Part shown: piece by piece, positions 49,345 through 62,920 of the stretch
Layout: each line of letters opens with the position of its first letter
How positions within the stretch are numbered: the stretch's first letter is position 1
Assembly (NCBI GenBank): GCA_024137785.1
Contig: JAHRHZ010000145.1
Location: 3,080,517-3,144,516 of the forward strand
Direction of reading: 5' to 3'
Source of the DNA: Ginglymostoma cirratum
Taxonomy: Eukaryota
DNA length: 64,000 nucleotides
Notes under the pieces: generated by a model
Databases searched by the model: none
What the model saw: the letters and a program-made list of their open reading frames with translations, nothing else
What the model was told of the DNA's origin: nothing
Translations under genes and position numbers: made by a program

Positions 49345-50385
49345 ATACAATCTTAATTAGAGGTCTCTGGAGTAAAGTTTAATACCGTATTACCCAGATC
49401 GGTGTCTCCACGCACATGAATTTATTGCAGCAAAGAGGTCTTCTGTGTGTCACCTCAGGATAGACTACATGAGGTTAGATGAGAAAGTAGAAAGGGAGGA
49501 CAGATATAAACACAGAGAACACTGGAGGAACTCTGGAAGTCTGGCAGCACTGGTGGAGAGAAAAACAGAGTTAATGTTTTTAGTCTGGTATTTCTCTTCT
49601 TCACTCTTCTTTCCCTGGTGCTTCATCAGAGCACAAAGTTACAGGCAAGCCATCGTTCAACATTGAGATTTGTGAAAAGACGTTAGCTATCTGACTATGG
49701 CTAAATCTGAGACAGTTGAAAGTGCTGACAATGGAGACAAAGTAAAATTGATACAGCAAATGGAAAACTGTGGTGTGACCTGAAAAACAGATGTCATTAA
49801 GGAGTGGGAGAGACCACCATTGAGTACGTCAACCGTTCTAAAGCAGAAAGTGAATATCTTGGAAATGTTTGAAGGCAGACCTTCTCCCTAGTACTCAGGA
49901 GATTGAGAACAGCTGTCTATTCCAACATCAAAGAAATTTTGCTAATGTGGTTCATGGCAACGCAGCAAAAGAACATTCCCATTTCCAATCCAATCCTACA
50001 GGAAAGAACTGAAGCAGCAAAAGCCAATAGATGTTATACACTGCAGTATGAAAACATGTTTGACTGCGTTAATTACATAGTGGACTGTATTCTGCACACT
50101 TGTCAGAAGATAGTACTCTTCAGACACAAAAATGCTGACATTTTCTGAAGATAATTCACAACATTCAAAGTTTTTATCTGAACAAGATCAGGCAGTGGGA
50201 AGAAATCAAAAAGTAAAGACATTTTTCACACATTTATTGTGTAACTATTTTGTTTTTATTGATATTGAGCACATTTATCAGCAAATCAGGTTTCATATGA
50301 TCTTCCTCATTTATCTTGAAGCTCCACTCACTCGAATTTGTGGGTAGTCCCCCAGAAATTTGATTTAACATGATTTTATTATCTA
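49345..50385 (+). mobile_element. Tigger/pogo DNA transposon remnant (CENP-B-type HTH domains)
   Basis: DKVKLIQQME..KTDVIKEW..STVLKQK and RLRTAVYSNIKEILLMWF..QKNIPISNPILQE at 49690-50010. Tigger-like end GTCCCCCAGAAATTTGATTTAACATGATTTTA. Confidence 0.75.
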
Positions 50386-50419
50386 AGAGGCAATGCAGCT
50401 ACCTTCAATTGAATGAGAA

Positions 50420-51345
50420 GCAATGCAGAAGGTGCCTTAAAATGTCCTGTGAAGTTGATGCACAAATATGCCAAATGTTGGAAGATAACTTCAGCTGTAA
50501 CGGCTAAAACATGATCCCATGTTGGTTGCCTCTTTGCCGGTGGCTCATTCTAGGGGTCTCCTGGGGACCTTTGCGGGATATCACAACCACTCACTTGCAA
50601 ATGCATTGAGGAGGTCACAGATGCTCTCATCAAAGAGCTCATGAATTTGTGAAGTTCCATAAGGATCCAGGGAGATAGGCAAGCAAAACACTGGGATTTA
50701 CTGCAATCTTAGGATTCCTACAGGTGCAAGGGGCTATAGGTTGGACACATATAGCAAATGGAGTTCACTGGGATAAACTATCTGTCTTCATCAACAGAAA
50801 GATTGCGTGTGAACGTTCAGCTGATATGGGATCGTATCAGACAAATCATCCAATTTCATAATGCCAGCCTGGGAGTTCTAATGTATGCCTACATTCTCAA
50901 GAACTCACAGGTGATACAAGTCTTTGACACACCATTCAGAGTGCAGGGTCAACGTTGGAAGACAGGTTTACTCTCAGAAGAACGAGAAGACACCAGTTAA
51001 GAAAGCACCATGGAGGAGAGATACAATGCTGTCCATGATTACTCAAGGACTATGACTGAGAAGATGATTGGCCTACTGAAAATGAGTTTGAATCACTCAA
51101 GTGGAGCACTTCAGTGTTCCCCACAACAAGTGTCTTGTCTCAGTCTTGACTACTGCAGCTTGTACAATCTCACTCATCAAAGCGGGGGAAGAGGTTTTAG
51201 TGGTGGAAGAGATAGAGGGCTCAGATGAGAGTGGTGACAGGGGCCAAGAAGTTCCCTATTGAGATGGCCAGGGACAACCCAGGAGAGTGGTGAGACAAGG
51301 CACATAGGCTCATGATAATCTAAAAGCTAACAGATTCCAAGCCTA
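50420..51345 (+). mobile_element. PIF/Harbinger transposase (HARBI1-like), decayed
   Basis: FAGGSF*GSPGDLCGISQ..KCIEEVTDAL, GFLQVQGAIGWTHIA, FINRK, NVQL and EERYNAVH..SRTMTEKMIGLLKM..CSLYNL. Confidence 0.85.
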
Positions 51346-52949
51346 ATAAGCTACTGATATTTCGGTTTTACAGCTTTCTTTTTCAATATCTGCTGACTGG
51401 GAGGCTATTGTTTCCTATTTGGGACAGACATTATTGTGTTAGTTCATTTACACTGACTTTCCCTGAAGAAAATGATCTGTTTTACTTTAGCTCTACCAAT
51501 AGTTTTTTTCCTTCTTGTTTCGACCCTAGGTGAGGTTTACCAAGTTATTATGATTCTAAATAGATATTCCAAATTAAGGTGCCAGGTGAGAAGAAATGAA
51601 CTGGCACCTCCTTCTTTATTCACCCATCTCCTCAGTCGGCATCAAATATGCTCATTTGAAAAAGAATCCCTCCCTTGTGGATGTCATGCGGATGACAAAA
51701 TCACTATGTTTTGACAGTAGCCGAAGTAGAGAGACTTTCTTCAGTTAACAAAAGATTGAGTTTACTAGTTAGTAAATACAGAAGCACAAATTCAACGCAT
51801 ATATACACAGATTAGGAATAACTGGTGAGCCCAATAAAATGATAACTTTTAAAAGCCAAACAGGTGAGTCTCTCTGGAACATTTGTGATGACCAGACCAG
51901 GATGAAATGCTTCTTTATTCGCCACTTCTTCAGTTGGTGAAGTGTACAAAGTGGAGTGTTAATAATTGAACATACAATTTTAGGATTCTTGGCTGCGCAA
52001 TCAGTTGAAATACTTTTGCCTTATATCATTTTTCTGGTGGCTAGCCAGCAACTTTCGCAGACCAAAATAGTTCTTCTATTGTTTTGTTCCCTTCTGACCA
52101 AATTGCTGGCCGGTTGGCTTTTACCACTCAGGGCAAGAGAATCCTTTTACCTGAAATACAGCAGTGACTAGAGGATGGTTCTCCAACTATGACCTTCACA
52201 GTGCAATGGCACTCAAACCCGGGCTAGTACAAATGAACCTCAGTTAACTAGCATACCAAGAGCACATACAGACCAAGGTTGTACTTAGTTTTTAACCTTC
52301 TTTTGCACATGCCTGGAAGGACAAAACAACAAAAAAATCTGCAACTGCATACTGCTAAAGAAAGAAGAGATCGTCAATCTCCTCATTATTTCTTCCTGAT
52401 GTGACGCTCTTTCTGTTGGAATGTTGCACCTGCCAGAAAAACTTCAATGAGTCCCACATAGGACTTTGCCACAGCATATAATTAATATTTTCAGTCTTTG
52501 TTTTCACTACTAACAGTCCTCTTTTAACTAATTAAAAGTTAATAATATCCATAGCACTTCAGGGTTTGGATCTATAATCATAATACCCTGCATGCCTCAA
52601 TCAGTAAAGAAACAGGTTTTGCACAAATTACATGCAATAGAACCTGCACAACATTGGGAGCTTGACAGAAAACATGACTGCGATTGTGGCCCTTGGCTCA
52701 AGCAAACCATGTACATTCTGCATTGAAAGCCATATGCTGCCTTGATTTGGACTGGATGAACCGACACCATCCTGATACCTGTTTTAAATGATGACAAGAC
52801 ATTGCTGAAATCTAATGTTCCCTCTGCAGTCACTTAGAGGTTCCATGCATGCTAACCGGTTCTGGAAGTCACTGCTGCGCAATAGCTTTGGAGGGCTGCA
52901 CAGTGGCAGGAAAAATTACAGGAATTATAACTGAGAACTCTAAGGTGAA

Positions 52950-53270
52950 TATAGGAAAAAGAGGCAAGAGTAGGCCATTTGGACTCTCGAACATGCTCTA
53001 GCATTCTCCTAATTCATGGCTGATCTTCTGACACAACACCTTCTTATTCTTATACTCCTATACATTTTCTTTTCCTGAACTACCAAGTTTTGTAGTTAAG
53101 CTTTCTCATTGTGCCTCCACTTTCTGGGTGGGAAACTTCCAAACATAGCTCCCTGAAAGAATGATGTCCTGCACACCTTGATTGTTTACTGGATGCCTCT
53201 TATTCTGTGACAATGTCCCCTGGCTTTGGAAGTCCCTGCCTGGGAAGACCATCATCACATTCTAATGGAG
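52950..53270 (-). mobile_element. Old CR1 3' fragment
   Basis: ATAGGA..GAGTAGGCCATTTGG..CTCGA..ATGGCTGATC, a reverse-oriented CR1 3' UTR. A similar piece lies at 54060-54145. Confidence 0.55.
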
Positions 53271-53399
53271 AAAATGCTCCACTATTTTAAATTCACCAAA
53301 ACCATATCATCACAGGTAATAAGACGACACCAAACATACAAGCAGTGCAACTGAACATACATTTACTGCAGTGAAAACTACTTCAATTTATTGAACACC

Positions 53400-55200
53400 C
53401 ATGCCATTCATGTGCTCAACTGCTTTACTTTGCTTATGATAACGTCTTGGGCAAACCACCAAAGCTGAAGTGGAGACAACCTGTCATAAGTTATGCTTAA
53501 CTGTGATGAATTTGTTGCCCATCCTCTGGGGCTTGTCCTTGAAGGTTTCAGCTTGCTGAGAGTCTCCTGCACAGATGCTGGAACACTTCCCTTGGTCTGA
53601 CTTAGTGAAGGTAATGAGATCACTGGCATGAACTCTGAAATGTCCTGAGATAAAGTGTCCAGAATGTCTAACTGGGTGCTCCCCCTTCCTCTGGTGTACA
53701 AGAACGTATCCCTGAATCCTTGAAAAGAAGAGGCATTGGAAGGAGTTTGAATGCTTCATCTCTCATTTGCCTTGCTTAAGGTCCGGTGCACTATGGCTAC
53801 TGTCATGGAGTGCTGATCCAAGCCCATATCTGACAGCTACTTGTGTCCTGCTAAACCTGGGTTTCCAAGGCAGTTACAATCCTTTCTATGGAGACAGAAG
53901 TGCTCGCACGCAGAGCCAGGACATCAGACAAAAGTTGAAAGGCCTGCTCTATCTAAGGCTCTAATTTGCAAATGGTCTTGGCAGCTCTGCCTGATATTCC
54001 GCTGTCTATCTCTCCATCTCCAGAGACTCATCCTCTGCATTGAGCTCTATAACGCCATAAGGCTGCGTGGCACAGGAATAGAAGTAGGCCATTCAACGCA
54101 TCAATTCTGCTCTGCCATTAAATGAGATCGTGGCTGATTTTATAATCAGTATGATGGTCACCATGGGCCTGGTCTCCAGCAATTGTCCGAGTAAGTGTCA
54201 GAGAACTCAGTTGTTATTCCTTCTGCCAGTGGTTGGCTGGCGTCATTCAGTGATATGTTCACCATTTGTGACCTTAAGTCTAATCTAGAACGAGCATCCA
54301 CAGAGGTGAATGTGCTGGTGGAGGGTGCAGGTGAACACCACACTAGTACATTCTCTTTAGTTTAGGAGACATCAACCTCAAAGGTGGTGGTAAAGGTGAT
54401 ACTTGAGGAGGGTGTAGATTGGAGATGGGGTAAGGCTGCCTCCTCTTTTTTTTCCCCTTCCATTGGTTTTTACTGCCTAGAATAGCGAAGAGAAAGATTT
54501 AGCTGATGGTATGTGCACTCTCTTATCTAAACAGCCTTACTCCGCTGACCCATCTGACAACAGCAGACTGCAGGCATTCTCACTGGCCTACTTCTCCCTG
54601 AGTGCATGCACAGTCACATCCCCCACTTCCAGCTCTGTGGCCTCCTCCTCAAAAGGCTCGAGGATTTGAATATCTTCCATCCTTCTGCCAGTCGAGCCCA
54701 CTCCCTCCTATTATGCATGTTCTTCTGCAGATAGACAAAGCAAATAATTGAATATCATCTGTATTGGTGCATTAGCACTTCATGAGTATGCATACCAACA
54801 CCAGCTCCTGAGCCTACCCCAGTATATGTACAGGAACTGTACTGGCTTGTAACTAGTAGAAAACTGATAGCAAGAGGTGACCAGCACATACTCAGTACAC
54901 ATTTTCCATCTGGTGCTGAGGCCTGCACATTATCTTCCTCTTTTACATCTCTCTATATGGGCACAGTTAGATTTCACGATGGTCCTATGACTGTCACTTT
55001 GTGGTAAAAGTACGTTATACTTACCGTTGTGGAACATGGGGGATTGCTCACCCTTGAGTTGCTTTGGAGCCAGGTTTTTTTCTGGGCTGCAATCTCTATC
55101 CAGTCTGCTTAGGTCTGATGGGAAGGCTTCCTGCTCTCATAACTGGGGAATAGAAAAAGGAGGACAACCTGTAGTGAGGCATCACTGAACCGTGCTGCCA
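53400..55200 (-). mobile_element. Harbinger Myb/SANT-like accessory gene remnant with introns
   Basis: Exon ~55195-55025 reads ARFSDASLQV..LFP..RKP..WIEIA with donor GTAAGT. Exon 54724-54584 reads KNMHNRRE../TG..IQILEPFEEEA. Acceptor ttctcttcgctattctag at ~54478. Confidence 0.65.
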
Positions 55201-55429
55201 CTCAGCATGCCGGTGGCATGTCCAGGAGCATGATGTCCGACACAGGCTGCAGTGATGCTTCTAGCTTGGAGTGAGTGAATGGCTGTGCACATGCCCTTTA
55301 AGTATGCTGCCTGCACTTTAGGCCCCAGAAGATGGCAGTAGCGACAAGAACCTCCTGCCTGCCAAAATACAGGAGGTGCCATTATAGTCTGGCGCACTGA
55401 TCTTTACATTGTGGAGTTTCAATGTCAAC

Positions 55430-58400
55430 TCTCAGATATTTCTTCTTACCTCCCCCAGACCATGACCCCACTTCCGAACATTAAACCATTGTTGCCAGGA
55501 CTGTCACTGACATCAGTACGTCCAGAGATCTTCCCATCACTGCCTCCAACCTTACTGTCTCCCAACCCCGGACAGCCCACTTCTACGTCCTTCCCAAAAT
55601 CCACAAACCAGACTGCCTTGGTAGGGTCATTGTATCAGTTTGTTCTTCCCCCACCTAGCTCATTTCCTCCTACCTTGACTCCATCCTCTCTCCACATTTC
55701 CAGACCCTGCCCACCTACATGCGCAATTCCTCTGATGCCCTCCACAATATTGACAATTTCCAGTTCCCTGGCCCTAACTGCCTCTTGTTCATCATGGATG
55801 TCTAATCTCTCTATATCTCCATTCCCCACAAGGATAGTCTGAGAGCTAGAACAAAGAACAAAGAACAAAGAAAACTTACAGCCCAGGAACAGGCCCTTCG
55901 GCCCTCCAAGCCTGTGCCGATGCAAATCCACTGTCTAAACCTATCGCCCAATTCCTAAGGATCTGTATCCCTCTGCTCCCCACCTACTCATGCATCTGTC
56001 CAGACGCACCTTAAATGAATCTACCGTGCCTGCCTCTACTACCTCTGCTGGCAACGCGTTCCAGGCACCTACCACCCTCTGTGTAAAGTACTTTCCGCGT
56101 GTATCCCCCTTAAACTTTTCTCCTCTCACCTTGAACGCGTGACCCCTCGTTATTGAATCCCTCACCCTGGGAAAAAGCTTATCTCTATCAACCCTGTCTA
56201 TACCCTTCATGATTTTGAAGACGTCAATCAGGTCCCCCCTCAATCTCCTTTTTGCTAATGAAAACAATCCTAACCTACTCAACCTCTCTTCATAGCTAGC
56301 ACCTTCCATACCAGGCAACATCCTCGTAAACCTTCTCTGTACCCTCTCCAAAGCTTCCACATCCTTTTGGTAATGTGGCGACCAGAACTGTACACAGTAT
56401 TCTAAATGCGGCCGAACCAAAGTCTTGTACAATTTTAACATGACCTGCCAGCTCTTATACTCAATACCCCGTCCGATGAAGGCAAGCATACCATATGCCT
56501 TCTTGACCACTGTATCCACCTGTGCAGCCACCTTCAGGGTACAATGGACCTGAACTCCCAGATCTCTCTGCTCATCAACTTTTCCCAAGGCTCTTCCATT
56601 TACAGTATAGTTTGCTCTAGAATTAGACCTCCCAAAATGCATCACCTCACACTTGCCCGGATTGAACTCCATCTGTCACTTCTCCGCCCAACTCTCCAGT
56701 CTATCTATATTCTCCTGTATTCTTTGACAATCCCCTATGCTTTCTGCTACTCCCCCAATCTTCGTGTCATCTGCTCTCGTTTTCTTCTTCAACCAGAGGC
56801 CTGAACAATCCCCATCCACCACCAACTCTCCTCGGCTTGGCTGAACTTGCTCTCTCATGGAACAATTTCTGCTTTAATTCATCTCACTTTTGCCAAGTCA
56901 AAGGAGTGGCTATGGGCAACCGCATGGATCCCATCTTTGCCTGCCTCTTTATGGGGTATGTGGAACAATCTTTGTTCCAGTTGTACGCTGGCCCCCTTCC
57001 ACAACTCTTTTCTCGATACATCAATGACTGTTTCAGTACTGCTTCAGGCTTCAGCCAGGAGCTTGAAAAATTTGTTCATTTTACCTCCAATTTCCACCCC
57101 TCGATAGCCTTCACATTGTCCACTTCTGATACTTCTCTTCCTTTCGTTGACCTCTCTGTCTCCATTTCAGGGAATAAACTATCCACTGTCGTCCACTACA
57201 ATGCCACTGATTCCCACAGCTACCTTCACTATAGCTCTTCACAACCCATGTCCTGCAAGGATTCCATCCCATTCTTCCATTCCCTTTCGCCTACATCGTA
57301 TCTGTTCGGATGATGCCACCTTCCAATACAGCACCGGTGACATGGCTTCCCTCTTCCATGACCGTGGTTTCCCAGCCACTGTGGTTGAAAGGGCCTTCAA
57401 CTACTTCTGACCTATCACCCATGAATCCACCCTTGCCCTTCCCATCACTCACAACATGATCGGGTCCCCCTTGTCCTCACTTTTCATCCTACCAGTCTCT
57501 GCATTCAAATGATCATTAACTGCCATTTCAGAAAACGCCAGCAAAATGTCACCACCAAACACATCTTCCCCTCACTCTCCCGTCTGCATTTTGCAGGGAT
57601 CATTTCCTCCAGGACACCCAAGCCCATTCATCGACCGCTAACATCATGCCCCCTTTCCCATGGCACCTTCCCATATAACCACAGAAGATGCAATACCTGC
57701 TCCTTCACTTCCTACTGGCTCACCATCCAAGGGTCTAAACAATTTTTCCAGGTGGAAAGCAGCATTTTACTTGTACCTCCTCCAATCTGGTTTATTGTAT
57801 TCGCTGCACAAGATGCGGCCTACTCTACATTAGAGAAGCCAAACGCAGACTGGGTGACCAATTGGCAGAACAACTCCAATCTGTGTGCAAGCATGACTCT
57901 GACCTTCCCATAGCTGGTCATTTTAACACAGTGTCCTGCTCGCATGCCCACTTGTCTGTCCTTGGCATGCTGTAGTGCTCCAGCAAATCTCAGCACAAAC
58001 TGGAGGAACAACATCTCATCTTCAGACTAGGCATTTCATAACCTTCTGGACTTAATATTGAGTTCAACACCTTCAAATTGTGAACCAACTCCCATTTCTT
58101 CCCATTCTTTGAGCTTTACTTGTTACATTCTCTGTCATCATGTCCTCTCTCCCCTCCCCACACCCCAGTGGGACTGTCTCTTCTTTCCATCAGGCAGTTA
58201 GACTCACCATTGTTCTGCCACTCTCACTGTCCAATCACTATCCTGTTAACAATCAACATCCTTTCTCCTCCAGCACTCTTCAATCCACCTTTACCACCTC
58301 ACCCCAACTATAGTATAAAAGCTGCCCCCTCCACACTCACGTCAGCTCTGATGAAGAGTCATCTAGACTTGAAATGTTAGCTTGCTGTCTCTCCATGGAT

Positions 58401-58442
58401 GCTGCCTGATCCACTGTGAACTCCAGCATTTGTTGTTTTCAA
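55430..58442 (+). mobile_element. Penelope-like retroelement (RT, GIY-YIG, 3' terminus with hammerhead motif), split by a CR1 insertion
   Basis: FYVLPKIHKPD, MDV.SLYISIPH, QVKGVAMG, RYINDCF, LPFVDL and TSSNLVYCIRCTRCGLLYI motifs. 3' end carries CTGATGA-AGAGTCATCTAGACTT-GAAA at 58348-58374. Confidence 0.9.
55848..56774 (-). mobile_element. Young 5'-truncated CR1 LINE with (TTCTTTG)n tail
   Basis: Open frame from ADDTKIGG to the stop at 55941, broken only by one TGG>TGA at 56676-56678. 7-mer tandem tail at 55848-55875. Confidence 0.95.
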
Positions 58443-60104
58443 CACAGCTTCTGCCATCCTTCTCACACATGCATATGTAACAAGTTGAGAATTGTGTATT
58501 CATGCAAACAGGAACTGATGGAAGGTTCTGTCTAGAGTATGTGGAATAATCTTTAAATGTTATACAATACTGTAACCAATGGTTGAAATACTTAATGGCA
58601 GGCAGTAATTGTAACCTTTGAGATGGTAAATTGAGACCAAATTAACAAAGATAAATTTCTAGAATGAAAATGAAAGTATAAAACTGCTAATAAAACCACT
58701 GCAAAAAAATATTCATTATTGTTAACCAAATTGAAATAATCTGTCCATGAACCCTGCTTAAATGTAAGCTTTCAAAAATCATATGATTAAATACTGAGCT
58801 CAGTTCTTTTAAAAATTCAAATGCTGTTGTTTACAGATTGGAAGGCATCAATGGCTCCATTCTCAAACAGTACAAAGATAAATATATTAGATAGGAAGTG
58901 ATCTTTCAGATATGTTTTCAGTCAATGTGGACCATGTTTTAAAAAAAAGCTTGCTCCTTTCTTCAGAATGGATGGGGGACCAAGCAAACAAACAATAAAG
59001 ACCAAATTATCCACTTTACTCCATGTTGTTTAAAGAATAGCAGAGGAAATAGGATAAAAAAAAGACAAAAGTAAGGACAACATGAGCAAAGTATTCACTC
59101 ATTTTTATGTTAAAAATTAAATTTTAGACATTTAAAGAGGCAATTTTAACACAGACTACCCATTCAGACACTGGCAGGATCAGGTGCAATGTTTGTTTTA
59201 GACCCAATTTAATTTCCACTTTGCTGATCTCATTGGACAGTAATATGACATGGCGTAAAACTGGCACCTCATTCAGTTCCATCGGCGAATGAAGGCTAAA
59301 ATGTACTCCCAATAGATTATGATTAATATTACAAGAATAGAAGTATTTATCATGTTTGAATAGCTTTATTATTGCATAATTCTTTATTGCAATGTTGCAG
59401 CATGTGCACTGTAAAACAAACAAATCCAGGCAACTAGCCGAATCAAGAATTATCCTGAACCTGCCAGCAATCCAACGGTGTGTGTAACTGCCCAAAAAAT
59501 TCCCACCTCTGAACACAACATATTATTTCCTTCCATAAAAGCAAACAGGCTAAAAAAGCCCATTCCCTCACATGCTGATACTTCACATTACACCATGTGA
59601 GCAATAACAAACTAAAAGTCATACTAAGCCATACAAATTCAAATGATTTTTAAAAATTACACAACTACTGAAAAACCTACAGATTCATACTTCAGAATGT
59701 TGAAAGCACAAGTACCATAAAGCAACCACCTTAAACCGCGCAATACATCAAACAGTATCATGCCTAAAAACAACATGGTTCTACACTGTCAAACATAACT
59801 AATAGAGAAAGAGAAACTAGAAATGATTACAATATATCATGCTCACTTTGGCAGAATTTGCAGCAGGTTTCTACAGTTAAAGTGATACCTTCTTAAAATG
59901 TAATGTTTGTTCTGTAGGGTACTTCGTTCTCCGTTTTACAAATTGAAAGTTGGATAACTCCAATTAACCCGGGTACACAATACTTCACAACAACATGGAT
60001 CACTTGTATGTTATATAAATATTTATTGGATAATATTATGCTTGCTTAATTAGACAGGGAAACACTGGGGGTTTCCATTCCTGACAAGATTGAAACTGTG
60101 GCTA

Positions 60105-60434
<330 letters not shown>

Positions 60435-61048
60435 TTAAAGTCTTACCATTAATACATGTCCCAAAAAAAGTATAACTGGAAGTAGTAGCTTGTAGGAGCT
60501 TTTGAGAAAGTAGTGCGAGGGGGTTTTATCTAAAATACCCGGTTGAAATGACAGGTGATAAGATTTTATCTAGATTTTATGTGCAATACAATCCTAAAAA
60601 AAAAAACTGTTTAAAAACAGGCTTACATGAAGCAAACAGAAAACAATTTGTCCCCATGATCACTGAAACACACTCGGTTAATGACTGTATCTGCTAATCT
60701 AAGGTTTTGGAGTATCTGCTAATGTTAATTCAGTTGTTAATAATTGCAGCCCTACAATTGCACTGAGACTGTCAAAGGATTGTTGAGACACATCCAGATT
60801 TCCATCTTCATGGGCTACTTATTGCATGCCCCAGCATCCCATGGACCACATTTAAAAGGTACAGTACAAAATTTCAAAGTGAATAAATGCTTTTGCAGAC
60901 TATATCTCCTAAGCAAAATTACACACTTTGAATAAGAATTAGTTTTCTGTTATTTGAAATGTGATAAATATGGCCAACAAGTAGTTTGGGTTTAAGCTAA
61001 ATACATATTTAAGTATTGACAGGTAAAACACAACTATATTAATATGAT

Positions 61049-61192
61049 AGTAGGAACTGCCGATGCTGGAGAATCTGAGATAAAACGTTGTGGAGCTGGA
61101 TGAACACAGCAGTCGAGACCCGAAACGTCAGCTTTCCTGCTCCTCTGATGCTGCTCGGCCTGCTGTGTTCATCCAGCTCCACAACATTTTAG
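61049..61192. mobile_element. Short palindromic Penelope-derived element
   Basis: Near-perfect 31-bp inverted arms at 61082-61112 and 61160-61190. TSD ATTAATATGAT at 61038-61048 and 61193-61203. Confidence 0.85.
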
Positions 61193-62559
61193 ATTAATAT
61201 GATTCTTTTCACTGGGCACTGGTGTTGGAAGAGATTATATTGATTCAGACTATCTTCCATTTACAATGCTGTTGGGCTACTGCAGCGATTATTTATACAA
61301 TCTGTCTGTCTGAACCCAGCAGTCACTGCTATCAGTGGTAGTGACAACGGATTTCACTGCTGGACCTACTATTGCTAGTGTTTCTACACTGAACTCTCAA
61401 ATCCAGCTACCCAAAAACTGGCGTTCTTTGAAACCTAGACATTTTTTTATGGATCTTTTCTTGCTTTCAACAGGTCATATTGATGTAGGGAAGTAAGGAA
61501 AGCACAAGAGAGTTATTAAATGCAACTCATGAGAAGTGAATTAGTATCAGTAGCAACATGGCCATTAACTATCGTATTTTACAATCCTATTAGTTGGTTT
61601 TCCTGCATACTGTCTGTTCACTGAGCTAAGGCATTCCAATTTGAATTAAAACATTTTTTTGAAAAGTTTTGAGGCTGCTAGATTTGAGAGTGCGAACCTG
61701 TAACAATCAATGTAAAAATTAAAAATTGAAAACAGATGTTGCATAAATAAAAACACAACCAAATAGCAATTAATTATGTCAAATGAATTGTAAAGCAATG
61801 CATTGCAGATATGACTTAATAGTTTTATAGCTTTACTGGACAAAATGTTGATTTCTGACATGCCCCTAGAAGTCAAATTTTCAAGTCATTATAACCTCTT
61901 CATCCAGTCAATCATTACCATTCAATTACAATGCAAGTAAATAATTGGAAACCTATATCAGAACCAGCAAATCATCATTTGATATTTATTCGAAGTTATG
62001 TTTGAGCCCAGCCTCAGCATTTAAAATGATTAAATAATTCTTGCTTTATTTTGGTTCATCTGCCATTGGTGACTTCTCTCAATCCCATTGACTACAATCA
62101 TTCACGTTATGTCATGTTATGAGTGCTTTGCCCAAAGGCAGGTCTTCAACTGTCTGCTGATGTTTCATCCTAAGCCATTTTCTTGGCAGGTTTTCTAAAT
62201 GGTGGTTTTACATTTGCATTATCAGGGTCAGTGCAAGGAAGGAGGCCCCTAGACTTCTGTACAAATACGGTTTTATTAGTTCTGATTTGATTTGTATTAA
62301 ACTGGTTGCAAAGAACTTTATTTTTAAAGGAACAAAATTGAGAAGCAAAGAGGTTACACTACAAAGAGGTTTAGTACAAACCTTAGTTGAACTATATTTA
62401 ATTGAGTGTACCATGTAGTTCTTGTCTCCAAAATACACTTTGTTTCTGGAGGCACTGAGGAAGATAAAAATTCAATTTACACAGATTCCAGAAATGACAC
62501 GTAATAGCTATGGGAAAAAAAAGTGAGCAGCCTGCAACTTTTTTTCTCTAGGAAAATAA

Positions 62560-62920
62560 TACCAAGAGGTGAGTGAACAGGTAGTTTCGAAAATCTAGAA
62601 GAGATGGATATGATAGATTTAGAGGTGTTTCCACTTGTGGGAGTTCAAAAGTAAAGATTATAGAAATAAGATGGTAACTAATAAATCTGACAGGGAGTCC
62701 AAGAAATACACCTTCACCGAGAGAGTGGTTAAAATGTGCAACTTGCTACTGCAAGAAGTAGCTGAAGTGACTTACATAGGTGCTTTTAAGGGAGAACTAG
62801 ATAAATACTGGTGGCAGAAATGAACAGAAGTGTGTGCTGCTAAGGTTACATGAAATAGGGCGGGGGTAGATTTGTATCGAGTACGAACACTAGTCACTTG
62901 GACTGAATTGCCTGTTTATA
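62560..62920 (+). mobile_element. CR1 3' fragment
   Basis: FTERVVKMCNLL..AFKGELDKY C-terminal motif plus 3' UTR. Confidence 0.7.

Noticed and set aside
51720-52260. Solo LTR on the minus strand (similar impression at ~31390-31800)
   Set aside because: Composition is LTR-like, but I could not fix TG..CA ends or a TSD.
55941-56672. 243-aa ORF as a host gene
   Set aside because: It is the C-terminus of CR1 ORF2 in a 5'-truncated insertion with a tandem-repeat tail.
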